Of a DNA stretch of 64,000 nucleotides, positions 56,141 through 64,000 are shown one piece after another. The stretch spans positions 22,692,001 to 22,756,000 of the forward strand of contig NC_043015.1 in NCBI RefSeq assembly GCF_006345805.1. Reading direction: 5' to 3'. A model generated the notes under the pieces. It was not told where the DNA came from. It searched no databases and saw nothing but the letters and a program-made list of their open reading frames with translations. A program made the translations under genes and the position numbers. Each line of letters starts with the position of its first letter. Position 1 is the first letter of the stretch. The DNA comes from Octopus sinensis (taxonomy: Eukaryota).

Positions 56141-58440
56141 GTTTGATGTGCCGGACACAGGGAGAGGAATATGATACGCTATAAATTGTTGCTGAGTTAG
56201 GTATTAGATATACATCGAAACGTAATTAGTAGTATAAAATGTCTAGTTTACGAAGTGCTATGAGATGGCTCGTGTTTATAAAGTGTGGTGAAAACCCTCC
56301 TTAAATTCACGTCCTTTGATAAACATCTAAAGTGCAAATATGCACGAAGCGCACTGATCGAAACACTGATGAGAACTGAAATAAAGAATGGAACATTAGT
56401 TACAAAAAGACAGCATTACCGCTTGCCAAAGTTTCCTATCGTTACAAAATAGCTGTCTAAATTATAAGAGGTTCCTTTTATGTTGTAGTTGTTAATTTAT
56501 AGATGCACATGTTCAAATATATGCGTGATAACAAGACGTGTCTCCCTCTTCAAGGACATAATATACAACTGTTCGCAACAGTAACTAACACATTACAAAA
56601 CGTGCTGGATATATAATAATGGGCCCCTCCCATGTATTGGTTAGTATGTTTCGTACAAATACACGCAACGGAGACAGCATGGAAGAAAATAAAGTAGGAC
56701 TACTGAGAGCGTATAAATTTCTTCTCCAGGGAGAGCTGACTCCTCACAGTTTTTGTTACGCAAGCACGGAGACATGATGCTAATTTTGTTTTGGCATTCC
56801 CTACTTCCTTTTCGCCTTGCATTCAAGAATATTTCCTTCATATTAAAAACTGTAACCACTGTGCCCTCTCATAGCAACTGCATCTAACCAGTCATTGACA
56901 TTTTTTTACCCCTACCTCAATTTCCTATCTTTCAAGAGGATCTATGTCTCTGTTAGTCTCGCCTGCATCGAGTTCTGAATATCATGGATCCATATCCCGA
57001 TCTTTCAGCTAAATTAATGAAAACAATATGAAACGGAAGAAATATTACAGTAGGTTTGTTATGGCCCACTGAAAATTTTAGAAGGGATTGTTTTGACTAA
57101 AATCGGTACTGATAAATTAGATCTATGAAGAAAGGTTGTACGCCCGTGACGATCACTTTGTTAAGAATGGTATATGTAGGGCTACGTTAACTCATATTTT
57201 TCAGATTTTTAAAAGAGTAATCTGTAATCTTAAGAGGATTTTATTTGGTTGTTGTTGTTGCTTCAACTTAAAGATCTATGAATGAACATGGCTATCTCTA
57301 GCAGCATACCAATAATGACCATCCTGTCGATTGAGGCTCTTACGTATTTATTACCAAATTCTTCTTCTTTTGCAACGAAAACCAAACCCATTTGATCACA
57401 AAACCATACTGTTTATTAGAAACTATAGAGATTATTCGAAGGGATCTTTGACTGTTATGCTTAGTAAATCATTTTACCATATACAGGATCCTTTGTTTTC
57501 TCAGCTCAGACAAATATAAATGTTAGATGAATGGAACAGAAAACTCAGCGAAATTTAACCTCACCACTTCAATATCTTTCTGGATGCTGCTCTGCAGTTA
57601 ATATCTTAAGTGTATTCACTCGTATGACAGCATGAAATTGATTGAATGACAAAAGGTTCAATTTACAGCTGCATAATATAGTAGGCAACATTTTCAAGTA
57701 AAAATAAACACAGCAGTTTCTTTGGAAACACGATAGATCTCTGTAAATAATTAATTTAGGAGAAAATACGATATAAGCCTGATGCAGGTAGAAAAGTTGA
57801 TAAGCAGAAGATTGATTTAACTCGTAGGAAATGCATAGTTTATTTTCGGAAACTAATTACTGAATTCAAATTTCACTCGCTAATTTAATGAGTATTTTAT
57901 GATGATTAAGTTTCTCTTTTATATTTTATCATCTCAACGCTAAGGAATATTCGTATACGTGGGAAACAGAATAAATCCTTTCTATGTTACTACAGTTTCT
58001 ATCTTTCATTTTTATGCATATATCTTTATCATATTATTGTTCTAGAAGTTGAGTTTGCTGTGATTTCTTTTCGGGTGAGCAGTTTCGGTTCTGTACCAAT
58101 CAATGTAATTCTTATCACTTATTTCAAAAACATATGCGAAATTTATCCGAGTCATTTCACTTCGATTTTTCTCATGAAATATTCAAAAACAGGTGGAATC
58201 TATGAAGGGTGTTTGGTGACAAAAACAGGAGATCCCAAACTTTTTCCTCTTGCCCTATGACGCTCACAGATTTTGCTCAATCCTAGAGTCTTTTATCGAA
58301 GCTAAGATAAAATAACATCCTCACAAGATGTCACAAACTAGTATCGAAAACGCGTGCTCTTGCGAGCGAAGTAAACTTATTATTCAATCGGCCATGCTAC
58401 GTCTGTATTCATAATATATTTCCACATGTATTCACGCATA

Positions 58441-59712
58441 CGAGGGGCGTTCAATAAGTAATGCCCCTGAACCACTTCCCATAGCAATAGAGCAACGAAA
58501 CTTGGCACAGGTATTAGTCTTTTTCTATATAGGAACCACCCAGAGGTACACATTTCTCCCATCGTTTGATGCAGTTCTGGAGACCGTTTTCGTAGAAGAC
58601 CCCAGCTTGGTCCTCCAACCACGACGTGACTTCAAAAATCAAGGCTGTATCATCTTCTGGGAAACGCTTTCCTTTCAAAAACAACTTAATGGCTGGGAAG
58701 AGGTGAAAATCAGAGGGTGCAAGGTCAGAAGAGTAGGGGGATGGGGGAAGAGTTCATAGCCGCACGCCTGTGCCTCTGATCTGGCGACACGCGAGTTGTG
58801 GACCGGAGCGTTGTCCTGCAGGAGGAGGATGCCTTTGCTGATCTTGCCCCGTCTCTTGGTTTCGATAGCTTCTCTTAATTTCCTCAAAAGTGAAACATGA
58901 TAGGCTCCTGTAATTGTGGTACCCTTTGCCAGGAAATCTGTCATCACTACTCCGTCCTGGTCCCAGAAGACTGTGAGCATGACCTTGCCAGCGGAGGGCT
59001 GCACCCTTGCCTTCTTTGGAGGAGGTGAGTCATGGTGCTTCCACTGCATTGACTGGGCTTTGGTCTCTGGATCATAGTGATGGACCCAGGTCTCATCCTG
59101 TGTAATCAGTCTTTTGAAAAATGTTGACTCATCTTCTTGGCACATCCCTAAATTCTTGCTTCTGGAAAAGTGTGAGCAACCTGGAAATCCATCTGGCAGA
59201 CACCTTTTGCATATGCAAATGGTCATGAATGATAGTTTCCACAGACCCGGTACTAATCTTGACCTCATGGGCTATTTGGCGAATAGTTATGCGTCGACCT
59301 TCCAAAATGGCAGCCTCAACTTGACGGACAGATGCCTCATCAATGGCAGAAGGGGTGCGACCAGATCTGGGAGCTGTTTCCACAGAGTTCCGACCATGTT
59401 TGAATACACGATGCCAGCGTTTTACAAGGTCATATGATGGGGCATCATCACCATAAGTTACTTTCATTTCATTAAATGTCTGCTGTGGTGTGCGTTATTT
59501 CAAATACGAAAACCGGATCACTGCTCGACACTCAACATGCTCCATTTCCCACTTGACTCATTTCAAACACCTGTAAATCAGAAACCACAATTAGTTCGGA
59601 GATGTAATTTTCCACTTAATCTATAGAGATATAAATAATTGCACATGAAAAATTTAAGCTAGATCAAACAAAGGCAAGTGGGTCAGAGGCATTACTTATT
59701 GAACGCTCCTCG
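58441..59712 (-). mobile_element. Mariner DNA transposon, near full length
   Basis: TIRs cgaggggcgttcaataagtaatgcccctgaaccactt and aagtgggtcagaggcattacttattgaacgctcctcg; TA dinucleotide TSD at 58439-58440 and 59713-59714; 1272 bp. Confidence 0.95.
58530..59545 (-). pseudogene. Frameshifted mariner DD34D transposase
   Basis: HTH region VKRWHRVFKHGR..PRSGR, then ITQDETWVHHYDPE, LLQDNAPVH and HPP(YSPDLAPSDF across a frameshift); split over ORFs 59129..59467 and 58675..59268. Confidence 0.9.
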
Positions 59713-59993
59713 TATTTAAGAGACTGTGAGAAAAATATCTATGTAGAAATCACTGACGAAAAAAGACAAGTAATATAAAGAGATACTGTTGTTGATATTT
59801 TGTTTGGCTACGGTTAGGGGTCACCTCCTTGGTCTTCTGGAAAGACTTCACCACTATGCAAATATACCATCACTATGAACATGTACTCTTCCGTTTATGC
59901 ATTTATCCTAGAACTGAAACTCGTACACACAGACGCACACACAAACACTCTCACAAAAAAAATTAATAATAATGAAAATTAAGATAATAATAT

Positions 59994-60028
<35 letters not shown>

Positions 60029-60316
60029 GGAGGCACAATGGCCTAGTGGTTAGGGCAGCGGACTAGCGGTCGCAGGATCGCGGTTTCGATTCTCAGACCG
60101 GGCGTTGTGTGTGTTTATTGAGCGAAAAGCTCCACGAGGCTCCGGCAGGGGGTGGTGATCCCTACTGTACTCTTTCACCACTCTTTCTCCCACTCTTTCT
60201 TCTGTTGGCCTGCTCGCTTAGCCAGCGGGGTGGCGTCATTCGAAGGCTAAAACAATGCGAACACATTGTGACCAGCGTTGTGTAACACCATCTGATGGTC
60301 TGGTCGGTCACGTGAT

Positions 60317-60323
<7 letters not shown>
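60029..60323 (+). mobile_element. GC-rich tRNA-derived SINE, third family, inserted in (TA)n
   Basis: A box tggcctagtgg, B box ggtttcgattc; ends in (cacgtgat)2; TA tracts on both sides. Confidence 0.85.
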
Positions 60324-60380
<57 letters not shown>

Positions 60381-60639
60381 AGATAGATAGATAGATAGAT
60401 AGAAGAGCAGAATGGAGTAAGTGGAGCAAGAGTACACACAAAAACGAAATGTGTCACTGAAGAGGTCACATATGTGTAACGAAAGATTTCCAGACAATGG
60501 GCATGAGTTAAAATAAGAACAGTAATAAAACGATTAAACCACAAATATATAATGCATTTGTTTATTTCCCAAATTAAAAAACAATTACCATTCGAAATAC
60601 AACAACAACAACAATATTAATGAAAATAATATCTTCGTT

Positions 60640-62540
60640 TTTCGCATTGCAGATCGCTTGCGGAAAACAATCTACTGCCAATAGAGTAGAAGGGATGTCG
60701 AAAAGGATCCGAGAGCACCAAACACCTCTTTGTGATAGACAAAGTTATAATGAAGCATTGTAAATGGTACGAAAAATACTTATGCATAGCCTAGATAGAC
60801 TTCAAAATGGCTTACTTCATGCTGCCGCATTCGGGGATTTTGGAAACACTCGAGATCTGTGGAATGGCTGAGAACGCGTGTGCACTGATTAAGAACAGCA
60901 TTCCTAGTTGGAAAACACGTCTTTCTTGTAACAACCAGCACTTAACCGAGGTAACAAGCAAGAGAGGTATCGTCCAAGGAGATTTTTGTTCACCTCTGTT
61001 ATTTGTTATAGCCTTGATCTCACTTTCTGTAGACCTATGTAAGTCGACGCGCACTATAAGCTGCGAAAGAATGGACCTCGTCTCAAACACATTCTCTTCA
61101 TGGACAATTTTAAACTGTTCGCGAAAACAGAGCTCAAAATATAGAGGCTGGTGGGGACTGTGCAAATGTACAGCAAAGATATAGGGGTGAAATTCAGCAT
61201 CTCGAAGTGTGCGGCGCTTATTTTGAAGCGTAGGAAAAGAATAAATTGTAGGGGCATAGAATTGCCAAACGGAGAGAGAATTGAAGACCCAGATGATGAT
61301 GGAAACAAGAACCTTGGGATCCTGGGACTGGACAATATCTTGCACGGACAAATGAAAGACAAGGTCATCACTGCATATTTCAAGTGCCTTAAACTTCACT
61401 TGAAATCAAAACTCGACTCAAGGAACCTTGTGACTACCATCAACGTATGGGTGGTTGCTGTAGTCCGCTATAGTGAACCCATCCTGAGATGGACTCAAAC
61501 GGAGATTAATCAATTCGATCGCACTACCCGAAAGACAATGGCAATATATGGTGCCCTCCACACTAAGGCGAATGTGCACAGGCTTTACATGAAGAAGGGT
61601 AAACGTGAACGTGTGCTGATCAGCGTACGGGAGTGCATTAACATTGAAAGAAGAAACGGCAGAACATTTGGTACACAGCAAACAAGATCTGCTACCATAT
61701 GCTGCAAATGCAGAAGGATTTAACAAAAAATGGAGTTGCGCTCATGTATTCCGATCAAGAACAGCCGATGACAGAGAACAAACTCTACACCGTTTGGAAT
61801 TATTTTGTCAGTTTCGCCGTGAAACCCATAAATTAAAAGATTAGAAAGCATCATGAAGGTGGCTTAAAATATGTGATATAAAGAATACTGTCTGCAGAAT
61901 GTGTGGGAAGAGGGCTGAAAAATTGACTCACATTGTTAGTGCTTGATAAAATCTTGCTCAGAACGTGTACAAGCGTAGACATGACGGGTTAACCCAAAAC
62001 AATTGCTGGTTACTATGCCGGAAGTATGGATGTGAGGTTATAGGTACTTGGTACACATGAAAAGCTAATGAACGAAAAGGTGAAGGCAAAAACCTTTGAC
62101 TTCTAGACATACAAGATTTTAGAGTACCAATGGCCGGATATAGTAACATTTAGGAGAGACAAACAATAGTGCCTAATAATTGACGTAGCAGTGCCCGATC
62201 AACATATAATCATGAAAGAGAAAAGTATAAATACAAAGACCTGAAAATTGAGATAGCTAAGATATAGCAGCAATGTGAGTCAAACATAAAGGCTTCTATA
62301 TTGTCATCGGAGCATTGGGTTCAATACCACCCAATCTGAAAAAAAAACATCGAAAATCTTTAGAAATATCCTACAATCTACGTGTATTGCAAAACTCGGC
62401 ATTACATGAAACTGCGCGAATATTGCGTAAAGTTATGTCTGTCTGAGTCCTTGTTGTGATTTGACAGATAGTGCAAACCCCCAGTTAACACAATATTTCA
62501 ATCAACAACAGCACGATATAGTATACAGCACGACGCCTAT
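60640..62540 (+). mobile_element. Degenerate R4-clade RLE retrotransposon
   Basis: KGCRKGS, WIDFKMAY, GIVQGDFCSPLLF, YSKDIGVKFSISKCA, KSKLDSRNL, YKRRHD, KYKDL in broken frames; ends in (CAA)n(TAA)n. Confidence 0.85.
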
Positions 62541-62606
62541 AAGAACAACAAGAACAACAGCAGCAACAATAGCAACAATAGCAACAACAACAACAACAAC
62601 AACAAC

Positions 62607-62637
<31 letters not shown>

Positions 62638-62645
62638 TAATAATA

Positions 62646-62701
<56 letters not shown>

Positions 62702-62731
62702 GTAATAATAATAATAGTAATAATAATAATA

Positions 62732-64000
62732 AACATCCAAAACAGAATTAAAAAATTAGAAAAGACCTGTCGATTCTTAATGAAATCAGCAAACAATCAA
62801 CGCTACGCAAATATAACATCACAGAAAAAGATTTACTGGAGATAAAAGAAAAGCTGAAGCAAGATATCCTTGCCAAAGCTCAAAGGATCCGCCGGCGCCT
62901 CCCTACTATGTTCAAGGCATTTACTGCAGTGATATCGCAAAGGCTGAACAAGCACCTGGACGAAAACAAACTGTTCCCAGAAGAGCAGAAAGGATGCCGC
63001 AAAGGCTCATATGGATGTAAAGATCAACTAATGATTAATAAAGCCATAACTGAAAACAGCCACAGAAAGAAGAAAGGTCTCAGTATGGCCTGGATTGACT
63101 ACAAAAAGGCGTTTGATAGCATCCCCCACACATGGATCCTCGAAACACTAGCCATTAACAAAGTAGCACCAACAATCATAAAATTCATAGAGCACTCTAT
63201 GAATAAATGGCAAACAGTCCTACACCTCCAAACAAAAGAGGGACTCATGAAAACCAAAGACATCCCCATCAGAAGAGGAATATTCCAGGGAGACACGCTC
63301 TCTCCACTCCTTTTCTGCTTGGCACTGTCACCTCTATCTGATATGCTAAATAGAACTGGATGCGGATATAAGTGTTACGGCAAAACGATCAGCCACCTTT
63401 TATATATGGATGACCTAAAACTATACGCTGCAAATGACAAACAGCTGGAAACACTATTAAAGACAGTTCATGGATTTACCAAAGAAATAGATATGAAATT
63501 TGGATTAGAAAAATGCGCCAAAGTAACCATGAAAAGAGGAAAACTAGTTAAGAGTAACAATATCACACTAGATAAAACCAATGAAATAAAAGAATTAGAC
63601 CAAAGCCAAACTTACAAATACTTAGGAATCCATGAACTAGATAAGACACAACACACACAAATGAAAGAGAAAATAAAAAAGAATATTATAGACGAGTTAG
63701 ATCAATACTAAAAACAGAGCTCAATGCTAAAAACAAGATAATAGGTATCAACACTTTAGCTGTCCCAGTTATAAGTTACAGCTACAATATCCTTAACTGG
63801 ACACGAAATGAACTGTCCAAAATAGATAGGAAAACAAGAAAAATACTGACAGGATCTAGGATGCATCACCCAAAATGTGACATAGAAAGACTATATATAC
63901 AACGTATAGAAGGTGGTAGAGGCCTTATACAGCTGGAAAACTACTATAAAATAACCACCATAGGACTGCAAAAATATCTACTTCAGAAGGAAGGAAAACT
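62732..64000 (+). mobile_element. Third R4/Dong-family element; RT domain, internally deleted, runs off the window
   Basis: ORF 62908..63711: EEQKGCRKGS, WIDYKKAFDS, GIFQGDTLSPLLF, YMDDLKLYA. A frameshift in the A-run near 63675-63680 continues EYYRRVRSILKTELNAKNK. Starts right after (TAA)n. Confidence 0.92.

Noticed and set aside
60029-60102. tRNA gene
   Set aside because: It has A/B boxes but continues into a SINE body with no poly-T terminator; treated as a SINE head.

Overview
AT-rich, microsatellite-dense eukaryotic intergenic or intronic DNA. The repeat content suggests an octopus or other cephalopod genome (inference). I cannot confidently call a host gene. Most ORF-track entries are translations of (TA)n, (TAA)n or (TG)n tracts. 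Recognisable content: R4/Dong-clade RLE non-LTR retrotransposons in (TAA)n, a Penelope-like GIY-YIG element with an inverted structure, CR1 and RTE remnants, a Gypsy gag-protease relic, a near full-length mariner, Helitron-type non-autonomous elements, tRNA-derived SINEs and MITEs. The main signal is a set of small non-coding elements, mostly in (TA)n, that carry type I hammerhead ribozyme (HHR) folds. Intact-looking HHRs are at 22519-22625 (+), 50050-50098 (+), 50840-50888 (+) and 5089-5125 (-, with an unusual A3-U8 core pair); several decayed copies also occur. These HHRs repeatedly come with an inverted copy of their own flank whose breakpoint lies at the ribozyme stem I. All folds and alignments were done by eye.
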